Shown here: positions 9,973-20,819 of the stretch, in pieces
How positions within the stretch are numbered: position 1 is the first letter of the stretch
How the letters are laid out: every line of letters starts with the position of its first letter
From: Acidobacteriia bacterium UBA6623
Lineage (GTDB): Bacteria > Acidobacteriota > Terriglobia > Bryobacterales > UBA6623
NCBI GenBank assembly: GCA_002433055.1
Contig: DJHJ01000002.1
Coordinates: forward strand, 401-64,400
Length of the DNA: 64,000 bases
Direction: 5' to 3'
Made by a program: the position numbers and the translations under genes
Notes under the pieces: model-generated
Told to the model about the DNA's origin: nothing
The model's database searches: none
The model's input: the letters and a program-made list of their open reading frames with translations, nothing else

Positions 9973-10980
9973 CTATTCGGTCAGTTTGACTATTTGTTTA
10001 CCAATATTTCCTCCTTTCAACATTTCGATGAATGCTCTAGGGGCATTTTCGATACCGCGAGAGACTGTTTCTCGGTAATGTAGTTTTCCTTCTGCGATCC
10101 ACTTAGTCATATTGGATAAGGCTTCTTGATAACGATCCGCATAGGCGAATACTAGGAATCCCTGTATTTTTGCTTGTTTTGTAATTAGGTGCCAGAGAAA
10201 TCTGGGCCCCATTTCGGTTTGTTCCAAGTTGTACTGGGAAATTTGCCCGCATACTGATACACGTCCTCCAGTGTTAAGCAATGGGATAATGGAGTCCGTG
10301 ATCGCACCACCGACATTATCAAAATAACAATCGACACCATCGGGGCAAAGTTTGCGAATACTCCTGCTGTAACTGTCTGTGGTGTTGTAGTTAAATGCAG
10401 CATCGAAGCCCAAATCTTCGACGACGTGCTGCACTTTCTGGTCGGTTCCAGCGATACCAATTGAGCGACACCCTTTGATTTTTGCAATTTGTCCTACTAC
10501 GGACCCAACGGCGCCAGCAGCACCGGAGACAACTACGGTTTCCCCTGGTTGAGGGCTGCAGATATCCAGCAGGCCAAAGTAAGCTGTTATGCCTGGCATA
10601 CCCAAGATACCTACGGCGGTTGAAAGTCGTGTATTGGTGGGTATTTTTGTAAGCTGGGATCCGTTCGCGACTGCATATTCTTGCCATCCTAGATTTCCAA
10701 CGACAGCTTCACCTTCAGAAAAATCTGGATGTTGTGATGTCACCACACGACCCGCTACGCCTCCCACCATCACGTCACCGATCTGGACTGGAGGCGCATA
10801 CGATTTCCGGTCTCGCAACCTTCCGCGCATATAGGGATCCACGGAGAGGTATTCTCCCCTAATCAGGCATTCGTCATTACTGGGCGATTTTAAGGGACGT
10901 TCCACTAACTCAAAATCGGATTCTCGTGGAAGCCCCACTGGTCTGGAAACAAGTCGAACTTGACGATTGACTCTTTTCAT
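9973..10980 (-). CDS. NADP-dependent oxidoreductase, MDR superfamily (YncB/CurA/PTGR1-like enone reductase)
   Basis: GETVVVSGAAGAVGSVVGQIAK nucleotide-binding motif and a C-terminal GKQIVKL tail. Confidence 0.9.
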   Translation of the reverse strand: MKRVNRQVRLVSRPVGLPRESDFELVERPLKSPSNDECLIRGEYLSVDPYMRGRLRDRKSYAPPVQIGDVMVGGVAGRVVTSQHPDFSEGEAVVGNLGWQEYAVANGSQLTKIPTNTRLSTAVGILGMPGITAYFGLLDICSPQPGETVVVSGAAGAVGSVVGQIAKIKGCRSIGIAGTDQKVQHVVEDLGFDAAFNYNTTDSYSRSIRKLCPDGVDCYFDNVGGAITDSIIPLLNTGGRVSVCGQISQYNLEQTEMGPRFLWHLITKQAKIQGFLVFAYADRYQEALSNMTKWIAEGKLHYRETVSRGIENAPRAFIEMLKGGNIGKQIVKLTE

Positions 10981-11061
10981 ATGGGGCCTCCAATTGAGAT
11001 CAGCTCAAACGACGGTAACTTTCACACGAGCATACCAACCGATTGTCACTGTAAGGATAAG

Positions 11062-11151
11062 TGGTGCGCAAGAGAGGACTTGAACCTCCACGGGGTTTAA
11101 AGCCCCACTAGGACCTGAACCTAGCGCGTCTGCCAATTCCGCCACTTGCGC
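11062..11151 (-). tRNA. tRNA-Leu (anticodon CAG), CCA encoded
   Basis: The reverse complement folds as a cloverleaf. Acceptor is GCGCAAG/CTTGCGC; anticodon arm is CTAGG-TTCAGGT-CCTAG. It has a long variable arm (GGGG-CTTTAAA-CCCC), a T-arm GGAGG-TTCAAGT-CCTCT, and terminal ACCA. Confidence 0.95.
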
Positions 11152-11389
11152 GTGATTGTGAGGGGTGGGTATCGCCCGCAGCAACTATATTGCCAATCGA
11201 GACAGTGACCTGTCAATCATGGAGTTGTTATCGAAAGTTGCTTTTATCGGTGGTTGTAATGGTCGTAATCTAATGCGATTGAACTTCCTTTAACCACGAT
11301 TACACCTGTTTAAACTGCTGGCGGTTTGTAGGGGCTATCGGATAGGATAAGGCAGTTCAGAGCAGGACATTTAGGAAAGGACAATAGCA

Positions 11390-12028
11390 ATGCAAGTTTC
11401 TCGTTTGTCTCGGCGCCGTTTTATGGCAACAAGCGGTGTGGTGGGAGTATGCACTTTTGGATGCTCCGGAGCTTCACAGGAGGAGTTTGTATCTATTTTC
11501 AACGGCAAAGATCTTAGTGGCTGGGAGGGGGATCAGACGCTTTGGGTTGTTGAGGAGGGTATGCTGATCGGACGTTCTCCGGGACTTCAACATAACAATT
11601 TTTTAGCAACTAAGAAGACCTACAGAAATTTTATTCTTCGGTTTAAGATTCACTTGGTCAACAATGACGGCAATAGTGGTGTCCAGATCCGCAGTGAACG
11701 TAAAAAAGGATCAACTGAAATGATTGGTTATCAGGCCGATGTAGGTCCGACATGGTGGGGCAGTCTTTACGACGAGTCTCGACGTGGTGTCGTTTTGGCT
11801 CAAGCCACTCCCGAACTAATCGACAGAACTCTAAGACTCGATGCCTGGAACGATTACGAGGTGTATGCCAACGAGGAACACATTCGCCTCTCAATAAATG
11901 GTGAAACAACTGCGGACTACCATGAGCAAGATGATTCAATTGCACGTGTCGGAGTGATCGCAACCCAAATTCACTCGGGGCCGCCACTAGAAGTTCGATT
12001 CAGGAATATCCGTATACGAGAGTTATAG
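11390..12028 (+). CDS. DUF1080 (3-keto-disaccharide hydrolase-like, LamG fold) exported protein
   Basis: Tat-like SRRRFMATSG. FNGKDLSGWEG, NSGVQIRS, EVRFRNIRIREL are hallmark DUF1080 motifs. Confidence 0.85.
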   Translation: MQVSRLSRRRFMATSGVVGVCTFGCSGASQEEFVSIFNGKDLSGWEGDQTLWVVEEGMLIGRSPGLQHNNFLATKKTYRNFILRFKIHLVNNDGNSGVQIRSERKKGSTEMIGYQADVGPTWWGSLYDESRRGVVLAQATPELIDRTLRLDAWNDYEVYANEEHIRLSINGETTADYHEQDDSIARVGVIATQIHSGPPLEVRFRNIRIREL

Positions 12029-12266
12029 GAAGGGTTTTCAAGTACTGCCTGTGGGTGATTCGAAATTCAAACACCAGTTTTGAATAAACCCAACTGCTTC
12101 GAGAGCGATTTTCTGAGAGGCAACCACGGGTTAGGTTTCCACTTTATTTTGATCTGACTCTAGTGAGCCCTCTGTTATACTCGGGTGCGACCGTACACTT
12201 GGGCGTTTTTAATTCTAAATAGACCCACTACCCAGTCTATGGTGACCAGAGTGGAGAAACAGTGGT

Positions 12267-14510
12267 ATGGAGCGGAAACATAGGCCAATTCCACTAGTGC
12301 TATCGGGCACCCTATTAGCAATATTTGTCTTTCTTGCCTTCTGGCAGACTTCCTTGGATTTTGGAGAATTCGGCCCAAGTGGACCAACTACGACAGTCGT
12401 TCTCTGGGCGATCTCAACCTTAATAGTGTTAGGTGTCATCGTCCTAGGTTTTGTTGTGTTTCGGATGCTGTTGCGGCTGTATTTCGAACGTCGCGGGAAT
12501 AGATTGGGCTCGCACATTAAGACCAAACTAGTACTTGGAGCATTTGCACTTTCGATCATACCTGTCCTATGTCTTGCCTGGTTCTCATTCGTAGTGTTAA
12601 ATCGTACGCTTGATAAGTGGTTTAGTCAGCCGACAATCCAGATCCAAAAAAGCTCTGAAGAATTAGTCCGTCAGTTTCAAGCGATGATGCTTGAGAAGAC
12701 AGAAAACGATGTTGCATGGATTGCTTCGTTGTCTGAAATTGAGGAATTGACAAGGGATGTCAGAGAGGAAGCAAGTGCAGAGACAGTTTCTCAACTCGAA
12801 CGACTCGCCAATGTTACGCAAGTGCACTACATTGGGATACTTCTCAGTAATAAGACGAGAATATGGACCGAATTCCGCACGCAGGGGGTGGTCGAGGGAT
12901 TAGAGAAGTGGAGCCACTCATTTGAATTAAAGAGTGCAGGCAGTGCGCATTCGTTTTTGAAAGATGGTCGCATTGTGGCTAGTGCGCCGATTGGACATCC
13001 GGGCCAGGGGCACGTGGTAGTGGCATGGAAAGTTCCTAACGACCTTATTGCACGTAGCACAGAGATTGAAAAACAAGTGCAACACTATGCTATGTTGCAA
13101 CGCGACCATCGACAGTATAGATATCTATACTTTGGTATTTTGGCGTTGGTTGCTACTTTTGTGCTGTTTGTTGCCACTTGGCTCGCGCTCTTTCTCTCCA
13201 AGCAGATCATTGTTCCTATTGAGGCATTGGTTGAAGCTACAGGTGAGCTTTCTAGCGGTCATCTTGACTACCGTGTCAAAACTCGTGCAAGTGATGAACT
13301 AGGAGCGTTGGTTGAGTCATTTAACCACATGACTCAACAGCTTGAATCTCATCGTCGCAAATTAGAACAAAGCAATCTAGATTTGGAACAAGTGAACGTC
13401 GAACTGGATGCACGCAGAGGTTTCATTAATGCGATTCTTGAAAGCATAACCCCCGGTGTGATCTCGGTTTCTGATGACGGATCGATCCAGAAAATTAACT
13501 CTAGCCTGGATGCGATTTTCCCTCGAGAGAAAACTGAAAAGGCGCAACAATTAGAGGATTTATTTTCACCGGAAGAACACATCGAGTTGCGTCATATGAT
13601 GAAGCGCGCTCGTCGTACCGGTTTAGCCAACCGGGAATTTATTTTCGAAAATAGTGGCAGGATTCTTCATGTGTCACTTACTGTTTCTGCTCTCGAAAAA
13701 GAAGTTGCCGACCCCAAAGCCCCACATGGTTTTGTGATTGTCCTCGAAGATACTACTGAGCTGCTACGGGCACAAAAATCTGAGGCATGGACAGAAGTAG
13801 CGCAACGAGTGGCACACGAGATCAAGAACCCTCTGACGCCAATTGCTCTTTCGGCTGAGCGCATGAGCCGGTTGGTAGACCGTTTTGGGACTACTCAGGA
13901 CCCAGTACGCCTCAAGGAACTCAGAGAGAGCCTTGACAAATGCACTTCGATCATAGTGCGGGAGGTTGCGACACTAGGAACGCTAATTAATGAATTCGCA
14001 CAATTTGCAAGATTACCTACTGCTCAACCTTGTGAAACTGATCTCAATACAGTTGTGGAAGAAGCACTGGATGTTTTTGAAGGGCGATTAGAAGGTGTGA
14101 GCATTGAGAAAAACTTAGGTGATAATCTTCCAGCGGTGTTGATTGATGCAGAACAGTTTAAACGCGCATTGGTAAACTTGATCGACAATGCTGCCGCTGC
14201 GGTCGATGAGTCTCTGGTGCGCGAAATATTGATCCAAACTACGACCGATTTTGATGCGGACCACGTTCAGGTTGTTGTGGCTGATTCAGGGCACGGTATT
14301 TCTCCTGAAGACAAGGAGAAACTGTTTTTGCCGTACTTTTCGACCAAACGTAGAGGAACTGGGTTGGGCTTAGCGATTGTAAATCGTATTTTGAGTGAGC
14401 ATCGAGCCGGTATTCGTGTTGAGGATCGTAGTCCCACCGGCAGCCGCTTCGTAATTGAGGTGCCGACAGCGATGAGTCGTATCGAGACTACCGCAGGATC
14501 GAGAACGTAA
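12267..14510 (+). CDS. NtrY-like sensor histidine kinase (TM-HAMP-PAS-HisKA-HATPase)
   Basis: N-terminal multi-TM region. HAMP region (PIEALVEATGELSSGHLDYRV), H-box AHEIKNPLTPI, N-box LIDNA, and G-boxes DSGHGI and GTGLGLAIV. Confidence 0.85.
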   Translation: MERKHRPIPLVLSGTLLAIFVFLAFWQTSLDFGEFGPSGPTTTVVLWAISTLIVLGVIVLGFVVFRMLLRLYFERRGNRLGSHIKTKLVLGAFALSIIPVLCLAWFSFVVLNRTLDKWFSQPTIQIQKSSEELVRQFQAMMLEKTENDVAWIASLSEIEELTRDVREEASAETVSQLERLANVTQVHYIGILLSNKTRIWTEFRTQGVVEGLEKWSHSFELKSAGSAHSFLKDGRIVASAPIGHPGQGHVVVAWKVPNDLIARSTEIEKQVQHYAMLQRDHRQYRYLYFGILALVATFVLFVATWLALFLSKQIIVPIEALVEATGELSSGHLDYRVKTRASDELGALVESFNHMTQQLESHRRKLEQSNLDLEQVNVELDARRGFINAILESITPGVISVSDDGSIQKINSSLDAIFPREKTEKAQQLEDLFSPEEHIELRHMMKRARRTGLANREFIFENSGRILHVSLTVSALEKEVADPKAPHGFVIVLEDTTELLRAQKSEAWTEVAQRVAHEIKNPLTPIALSAERMSRLVDRFGTTQDPVRLKELRESLDKCTSIIVREVATLGTLINEFAQFARLPTAQPCETDLNTVVEEALDVFEGRLEGVSIEKNLGDNLPAVLIDAEQFKRALVNLIDNAAAAVDESLVREILIQTTTDFDADHVQVVVADSGHGISPEDKEKLFLPYFSTKRRGTGLGLAIVNRILSEHRAGIRVEDRSPTGSRFVIEVPTAMSRIETTAGSRT

Positions 14511-15874
14511 TGCGGAAACGTATTCTGGTAGTTGACGACGAGGTTGGCATCTGTGAGTCGTTAGTTGGCATTCTCGAGGACGAGGGCTATGAAGTTGATT
14601 CTGTAGAAAACGGTGAGGACTGCATGAGCCATCTACAGAGCAAAAACTATTCGGTTGTGTTGCTCGATATCTGGTTACCCTCAATTGATGGCCTTGAAAC
14701 GCTGGACCGGATATCAAATCTTGATGAGTCACAACGCCCAGTGGTTGTGATGATTTCCGGACATGGCACAATTGAAACCGCTGTTAAAGCGACCAAACTG
14801 GGGGCTCTTGATTTTCTTGAGAAGCCCTTGTCGTTAGAAAAGGTAACGGTAACTGTAAAAAGAGCTCTTGAGCACCGTCGTTTACTGGCAGAGAATACAA
14901 ATTTACGTGCACAATTACCCTCGTACTACGACATTATCGGTGAGAGTGTTCAAATCAAGGCTCTACGACAACAGCTGGCCTTGATGGCGCCAACCAATGG
15001 GCGGATACTTATTTTTGGAGAGAGTGGTGTCGGTAAAGAGTTGGTAGCAAGAGCATTACACGCGGAGAGTTTACGCTCCGATGGTGCGTTTATCGAAGTC
15101 AATTGTGCTGCTATCCCAGAAGAGTTGATTGAAAGTGAGCTATTCGGACATCGTCAGGGGTCTTTCGCTGGGGCACATGAAGATAAGACAGGTAAGTTCC
15201 AAAAAGCTGACGGTGGAACGTTATTTCTTGACGAAGTAGGAGATATGAGCCTTAAGACGCAGGCCAAGGTGCTACGCGTGCTTGAGGAACAGCGTTTTGA
15301 ACCACTCGGTTTAGCCAAAACCATTCAGGTCGATACGCGTGTTATCGCAGCCACGAACAAGGATCTTGAAAAAGAAATCAGACACGGTAATTTTCGTGAG
15401 GATCTGTTTTATCGGCTGAATGTGATTCCCTTTCAGGTGCCTCCGTTGCGTGAGCGAACCGAAGATATACCTCTTCTCGCAGAGCATTTTCTTGACGAAT
15501 TTTGTGCGACCTATGGACGTCAAACACGTCAACTGACTTCAGAAGCAAGCGAAGCGTTGAGTATTCGAAGTTGGCCTGGCAATGTTCGTGAACTGCGCAA
15601 CTTGATGGAGCGTGTTGTTATTATGACCACGAGGTTGGAGGTTGGCGTTGCTGAGCTCGGCCTTTCAAACGAAAAACAATCTAAGACCGGAGGAATGGCG
15701 CGTGAACGCTTTACTAGCCTGGAAGAAGCTCGTAAGGCATATGAACGGGACTATGTGATGCGTACTCTTCAGGAACTTGATGGCAATATGTCTCGTACCG
15801 CTGAAGCATTAGGGCTCGAACGCAGCCACTTATATCGTAAAATGAAGGCGCTTGGTATTAATATTGATTTTTGA
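14510..15874 (+). CDS. Sigma-54-type (NtrC/NtrX family) response regulator: REC, AAA+ and Fis-type HTH
   Basis: TAATG overlap with the kinase gene. Receiver VLLDIWLP, Walker A GESGVGKE, ESELFGH, Walker B LFLDEV, and a C-terminal HTH (MSRTAEALGLERSHLYRKMK). Confidence 0.9.
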   Translation: MRKRILVVDDEVGICESLVGILEDEGYEVDSVENGEDCMSHLQSKNYSVVLLDIWLPSIDGLETLDRISNLDESQRPVVVMISGHGTIETAVKATKLGALDFLEKPLSLEKVTVTVKRALEHRRLLAENTNLRAQLPSYYDIIGESVQIKALRQQLALMAPTNGRILIFGESGVGKELVARALHAESLRSDGAFIEVNCAAIPEELIESELFGHRQGSFAGAHEDKTGKFQKADGGTLFLDEVGDMSLKTQAKVLRVLEEQRFEPLGLAKTIQVDTRVIAATNKDLEKEIRHGNFREDLFYRLNVIPFQVPPLRERTEDIPLLAEHFLDEFCATYGRQTRQLTSEASEALSIRSWPGNVRELRNLMERVVIMTTRLEVGVAELGLSNEKQSKTGGMARERFTSLEEARKAYERDYVMRTLQELDGNMSRTAEALGLERSHLYRKMKALGINIDF

Positions 15875-16077
15875 TTGAAGGACTCTTTCGTGCCTTTTTC
15901 ACTAACGATCTAAACATAACGGTAGCCTCTTTTCTGTTTAGCTTCAAACAGTTAGAATAGGTAAGGCTTACTTCCAAAAAGTGTCAAGGTGGTTTTAAGG
16001 ACATCGCAAAACCGTTACAGGGCGCTGTGTTTAGTGGTGGTGTCAAATTGTAGATTCGCTCAGAGGTATTTACTGAT

Positions 16078-19000
16078 ATGATTCTTGTTGCGCTTCTGGT
16101 GATTTTGTCGGTTCTACCGGTTTCCTTGGTTTCTGAAACAGTTAATTTTCAACGTGACGTTAGGCCGATCCTCTCTGACAAATGTTTTCATTGTCATGGT
16201 CCTGATAAGGCAAGCCGTATGGCCGGATTACGTATGGATGTTCGCGAGAGTATGTTCGCCTCGCGAAAAAACGGTGCGGTGGTTGTGGTTGGCAAACCTG
16301 AAGAGAGTTTACTCTACAAACGTATTACTCATCCAAATGAAGGGCTACGTATGCCACCGACGTATTCAGCAAAGGAATTGACTGAAGATCAAATTGACAT
16401 ATTCAAACGCTGGATCGAGCAGGGTGCGTCCTGGAACCAGCACTGGTCTTTCAATCCCTTGATCCGACCTTCTGAGCCACATGTCAAGAACTCAGCGTGG
16501 GTGCGTAACCCAATTGATAGTTTCGTGCTTGCGCGATTAGAGAGACAGGGTCTCCCGCCAACTCCAGAGGTGGATCGCCGCACTCTAGGGCGAAGAGCTG
16601 CGCTCGATTTAACTGGTCTTCCTCCTGGGCCTGATGCATTGGAAGCATTTGTCAATGACTCTTCGGATACGGCATATGAGGATTATATCGACCGCTTATT
16701 ACAATCTGAACACTGGGGAGAACATCGTGGACGTTATTGGCTCGATGCAGCTCGATATGGCGACACACATGGTATGCATGTCGACAACTACCGTGAAATG
16801 TGGCCTTATCGTGATTGGGTAATCCAAGCGTTCAATCAAAATATGCCCTTTGATCAGTTCACTATCGAGCAGATTGCTGGTGATCTTTTGCCAAATCCAA
16901 CCCTTGATCAGCTAGTTGCCACTGGGTTTCATCGCTGTAATGTGACGACGAGTGAAGCAGGTATCATCGAAGAAGAGTACGAAGCAATTTACGCGAAGGA
17001 CCGAGCGGATACGACAGGATTGGTTTGGTTGGGTCTGACTGTTGGATGTGCAACTTGTCACGATCACAAATTTGACCCGATTTCCCAAAAAGACTTTTAT
17101 TCTTTGACGGCGTTTTTCCGCAATACCACACAGTACGTGATGGATGGTAATGTCTCTGATTCTCCTCCTATTGTGGTGGTTCCTCAAAGAGAAGATCGTC
17201 GAAAACTACAGATCTTGAAGAAACGAATAAGTAGTTTGGATAAAAGTATTGATCTTTTTTCAGACTCATCGAAAAGGAGATTTGAGTCGTGGTTGAAAAC
17301 TGGAGAGTATCGTTCTATCTCTTCACCACTTGGTGCTGATGTAGAAATTTTTAGATTGTTCACCGACGATGAACCTTATGCAGTGATCCGAGGCAAAAAG
17401 TCGAGAGTCACATTGAGCAAAGGTGTCAAGATTGGTCAAGGTCCTGACCCAAACCGAAAGGCAATACATTTCGTTGGAGAGGCCTCAACAGAATTGCCAA
17501 ATCTTTCACTCGATACCAAGAGGCCATTTTCCTTCGCTATCGAGTTTTTCATGCCAAAAGAGGAGGACCGTTTCGTAATAGCAAGCCAAGTTGATCCTGA
17601 AGATAACAACAGGGGTTGGGCTTTGACGGTCAGTGCTTTTCTTGCCCGTCTCCCAGGCTTTCATCTTTATGGTGACAATGGCAAGACTGTAGAGGTTTTC
17701 TCAGATCATTTGCAGCAGCTCCAAATGGGAAGTTGGAACCATATTACTATTACCTACGATGGAAGTGGAGAGCGGGCCGGTCTCGATCTTTTCATGAATG
17801 GTCAGTCATTACCTACACAGGGTAGTGAATACTTCGAAAAGATTGAAGGATCGATACTGAATAACGGGCCGTTTCTCTTGGGAAAAGTTATCCAAGAATC
17901 AGCAGATTTGGATGGGGTTTATGAATCCATCTTCTTCCCCGGAGGAGCTATTTCTGATTTCCGAATTTTTAACCGTGCTGTTAATTTGGAGGAGGCACAG
18001 ATTGTTTCTAGCTGGCCCATAATTCGAGAAGCAAGAGGCAAAACTCCAGATTTATTCAGTCCAAATCAAAGGGAAGCACTGCGATTGTATTACCTCAATT
18101 TGCAGAGCAAAAAGTATCGTAGGCTCTTGGCTAAACGACTAGAAGCACTCGACGAGTACCGCGAGATTCGTCGACGCGGAGGTGTGACGCATGTGATGCA
18201 GGAAGTTTCTGGACAGATGCCGGAAGCGTATGTGTTGAATCGTGGGATGTATGACCAAAAGAAAGATTTAGTGCCTGCCACTACACCTGCTGCCTTGCCG
18301 CCTATGCCTATGTCAGCACCAAAAAACCGAATGGGGTTGGCGCGTTGGTTGGTCGGCGATACCAACCCATTGACTTCGCGAGTGATAGTTAATCGTTTCT
18401 GGCAGGAAGTGTTTGGAACAGGCATTGTCAGGACAAGTGGAGATTTTGGTTCGCAGGGTGAGCCACCTTCACACCCAAATCTACTTGATTGGCTCGCGGT
18501 AGAATTTCGTGATAGAGCGTGGGATGTTAAACAGTTGTTCCGTTTAATCCTAACCTCGGCTACCTATCGACAGTCAGCAGTTGTGACACCTCAAAAACTT
18601 GAGAAAGACTTTGACAATCGATTACTTTCACGTGGGCCTCGATTTCGCATGGATGCTGAATTGATACGGGACTATGCTCTTGCTGCGAGCGGCCTTTTGA
18701 GCCGTAGGGTTGGTGGCCCTAGTGTGAAGCCCTATCAACCAGCAGGTGTCTGGGAAACGGTCGCCATGCCGGGCAGTACTACCGGTAAATACGAGCAGGA
18801 TGAAGGTGATAACTTGTATCGCCGTAGTATGTATACACTCTGGAAGCGATCTGCCCCGCCGGCTTCGATGGACATTTTTAATGCACCTACTCGTGAGCAC
18901 TGCACTGTTCAACGTGAGCGAACCAATACACCACTGCAAGCTTTGGTGACTCTAAATGACCCTCAATTTATTGAATCAGCTCGTTTTTTAGCTCAGAAGG

Positions 19001-19272
19001 CTATTGAGGCTGTAGGTGGTGACTTAGATGAACGTCTCGACTACATAACGACTCGTGTGTTGGGGCGTGTATTGGAAAGTAGTGAACGTGAGATTGCTAA
19101 GAGTACCTATGGCAAGTTCTTTAGTTACTACAAGGCCAACGGCAGTGAAGCTTTACGATTGATTCAGGTGGGGGAATCCATACCTATGGAGCTGTCACGA
19201 CCAGTCCAATCTGCAGCTCTTACCATGATGGCCAATCAATTGTTAAACTTGGACGAAGTGCTGAACAAGTAG
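16078..19272 (+). CDS. PSCyt/DUF1549/DUF1553 protein (planctomycete cytochrome c domain plus LamG-like insert)
   Basis: N-terminal heme-binding CFHCHG. DUF1549-like IDSFVLARLE and AAR(Y)GDTHG. CATCHDHKFDP motif, a central LamG-like region, and a DUF1553-like C-terminus. Confidence 0.9.
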   Translation: MILVALLVILSVLPVSLVSETVNFQRDVRPILSDKCFHCHGPDKASRMAGLRMDVRESMFASRKNGAVVVVGKPEESLLYKRITHPNEGLRMPPTYSAKELTEDQIDIFKRWIEQGASWNQHWSFNPLIRPSEPHVKNSAWVRNPIDSFVLARLERQGLPPTPEVDRRTLGRRAALDLTGLPPGPDALEAFVNDSSDTAYEDYIDRLLQSEHWGEHRGRYWLDAARYGDTHGMHVDNYREMWPYRDWVIQAFNQNMPFDQFTIEQIAGDLLPNPTLDQLVATGFHRCNVTTSEAGIIEEEYEAIYAKDRADTTGLVWLGLTVGCATCHDHKFDPISQKDFYSLTAFFRNTTQYVMDGNVSDSPPIVVVPQREDRRKLQILKKRISSLDKSIDLFSDSSKRRFESWLKTGEYRSISSPLGADVEIFRLFTDDEPYAVIRGKKSRVTLSKGVKIGQGPDPNRKAIHFVGEASTELPNLSLDTKRPFSFAIEFFMPKEEDRFVIASQVDPEDNNRGWALTVSAFLARLPGFHLYGDNGKTVEVFSDHLQQLQMGSWNHITITYDGSGERAGLDLFMNGQSLPTQGSEYFEKIEGSILNNGPFLLGKVIQESADLDGVYESIFFPGGAISDFRIFNRAVNLEEAQIVSSWPIIREARGKTPDLFSPNQREALRLYYLNLQSKKYRRLLAKRLEALDEYREIRRRGGVTHVMQEVSGQMPEAYVLNRGMYDQKKDLVPATTPAALPPMPMSAPKNRMGLARWLVGDTNPLTSRVIVNRFWQEVFGTGIVRTSGDFGSQGEPPSHPNLLDWLAVEFRDRAWDVKQLFRLILTSATYRQSAVVTPQKLEKDFDNRLLSRGPRFRMDAELIRDYALAASGLLSRRVGGPSVKPYQPAGVWETVAMPGSTTGKYEQDEGDNLYRRSMYTLWKRSAPPASMDIFNAPTREHCTVQRERTNTPLQALVTLNDPQFIESARFLAQKAIEAVGGDLDERLDYITTRVLGRVLESSEREIAKSTYGKFFSYYKANGSEALRLIQVGESIPMELSRPVQSAALTMMANQLLNLDEVLNK

Positions 19273-19335
19273 TCAATTTTAGATACAATTGATCCGACGG
19301 ACTGAATAGAAACGGAATCTAGGCGGAGAGTTATC

Positions 19336-20805
19336 ATGCACCCATCTGATCAGGCAGTTCTTGCAGAAACCCGCAGACAGTTTTTTGCCCGAGGAGCAAG
19401 AGGGATAGGCGGCATAGCACTTGCGAGCATGCTGGCCGAGAATGGTTTAGGTGATTCGCAAATAGGGGTGACCTCCTCTGACAGTCTTCCAGGTTTACCG
19501 CATTTTGCTCCAAAAGCCAAACGATGTATCTATTTGCATGCGATGGGAGCTCCGCCGCAGATGGATCTTCTTGATCACAAGCCGAAGATGAAGGATTGGT
19601 ACGACAAGGATCTGCCCGCTTCAATTCGTCAAGGTCAGCGTTTGACTACTATGACGTCAGGTCAGTCGAGATTTCCGATAGCTCCATCTGTTTTCAAGTT
19701 CAAGCAGCATGGACAGAGTGGTGCCTGGATTTCAGAACTGCTGCCAAATGTGGCAAAAATGGCTGATGACATTGCGATCATCAGATCGATGCATACTGAG
19801 GCCATTAACCACGAACCAGCGATTACGTTTATCCAAACAGGTCGCCAGGTAGCAGGACGTCCCTGTATTGGTTCCTGGCTTGCTTATGGCCTCGGAAGCA
19901 TGAATAATGACCTTCCGACATTCGCTGTCATGAATGCTGAACGTAGTCACCCGAAGGCGGGAGTACAGGCCATATCAGCACGGTTGTGGAGCGCGGGTTT
20001 TCTTTCGGCCAAGTATGCGGGGGTCGGATTACGTGGTGGAACTAATCCTGTACTGTACATTCAGAACCCAGATGGAGTTTCGAGCGAAGTGCGTCGCACG
20101 ATGCTGGATGGACTTAGTGAGCTCAATCGGCTACAGCACGCAAAAATTGGCGATCCCGAAACCTTGGCTCGCATAGAACAGTTTGAAATGGCGTTTAGGA
20201 TGCAATCGTCGGTTCCCGAGATGAGCGATCTTGCGAGTGAGCCCGAAAGCACTTTCAAGCGTTGGGGCGAAGAAGCGAAGCAACCCGGCAAATTCCAGAA
20301 CGCCGCTTTAATGGCACGTCGACTAATCGAGCGAGGCACACGCTTCGTACAGATATATCATCGTGGCTGGGATGTGCATTCATTTGCACCTGAAGTTCTA
20401 CCCGCTCAAGCTAGAGATGTTGACCAAGCGAGTTACGCGCTCATACAGGACCTTAAGGAGCGTGGTTTGTTTGAAGACACACTCGTTATTTGGGGTGGTG
20501 AATTTGGCCGCACGATTTACTCCCAGGGGAAATTGACTCCTACTGATTACGGCCGTGATCATCATCCGAGATGTTACAGCTTGTGGATGGCTGGTGGTGG
20601 TGTTAAGGGAGGTGTTGTACATGGAGAGACAGACGACTTTTCTTACAACATCGTCAAGGACCCAGTTCATATCCGTGATTTTCAAGCAACGATACTACAC
20701 CTATTTGGGATTGACCACGAACGGTTTACTCACAAGCACCAGGGTCTGGATGCCAAATTAACAGGCGTTGAGCCTGCGCATGTTGTCAAAGAGATACTGG
20801 CTTGA
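19336..20805 (+). CDS. DUF1501 domain-containing protein, canonical partner of the DUF1553 protein
   Basis: TRRQFFARGARGIGG Tat-like signal. IRSMHTEAINHEPA, WGGEFGRT and GRDHHP motifs. Confidence 0.9.
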   Translation: MHPSDQAVLAETRRQFFARGARGIGGIALASMLAENGLGDSQIGVTSSDSLPGLPHFAPKAKRCIYLHAMGAPPQMDLLDHKPKMKDWYDKDLPASIRQGQRLTTMTSGQSRFPIAPSVFKFKQHGQSGAWISELLPNVAKMADDIAIIRSMHTEAINHEPAITFIQTGRQVAGRPCIGSWLAYGLGSMNNDLPTFAVMNAERSHPKAGVQAISARLWSAGFLSAKYAGVGLRGGTNPVLYIQNPDGVSSEVRRTMLDGLSELNRLQHAKIGDPETLARIEQFEMAFRMQSSVPEMSDLASEPESTFKRWGEEAKQPGKFQNAALMARRLIERGTRFVQIYHRGWDVHSFAPEVLPAQARDVDQASYALIQDLKERGLFEDTLVIWGGEFGRTIYSQGKLTPTDYGRDHHPRCYSLWMAGGGVKGGVVHGETDDFSYNIVKDPVHIRDFQATILHLFGIDHERFTHKHQGLDAKLTGVEPAHVVKEILA

Positions 20806-20819
20806 TCAGTGACGTAAAT

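Noticed and set aside
12065-12085. ATTCAAA-N7-TTTGAAT hairpin after the DUF1080 gene as a possible terminator
   Set aside because: The stem is a 7-bp all-A/T stem without a following U-tract. That is too weak to call an intrinsic terminator.
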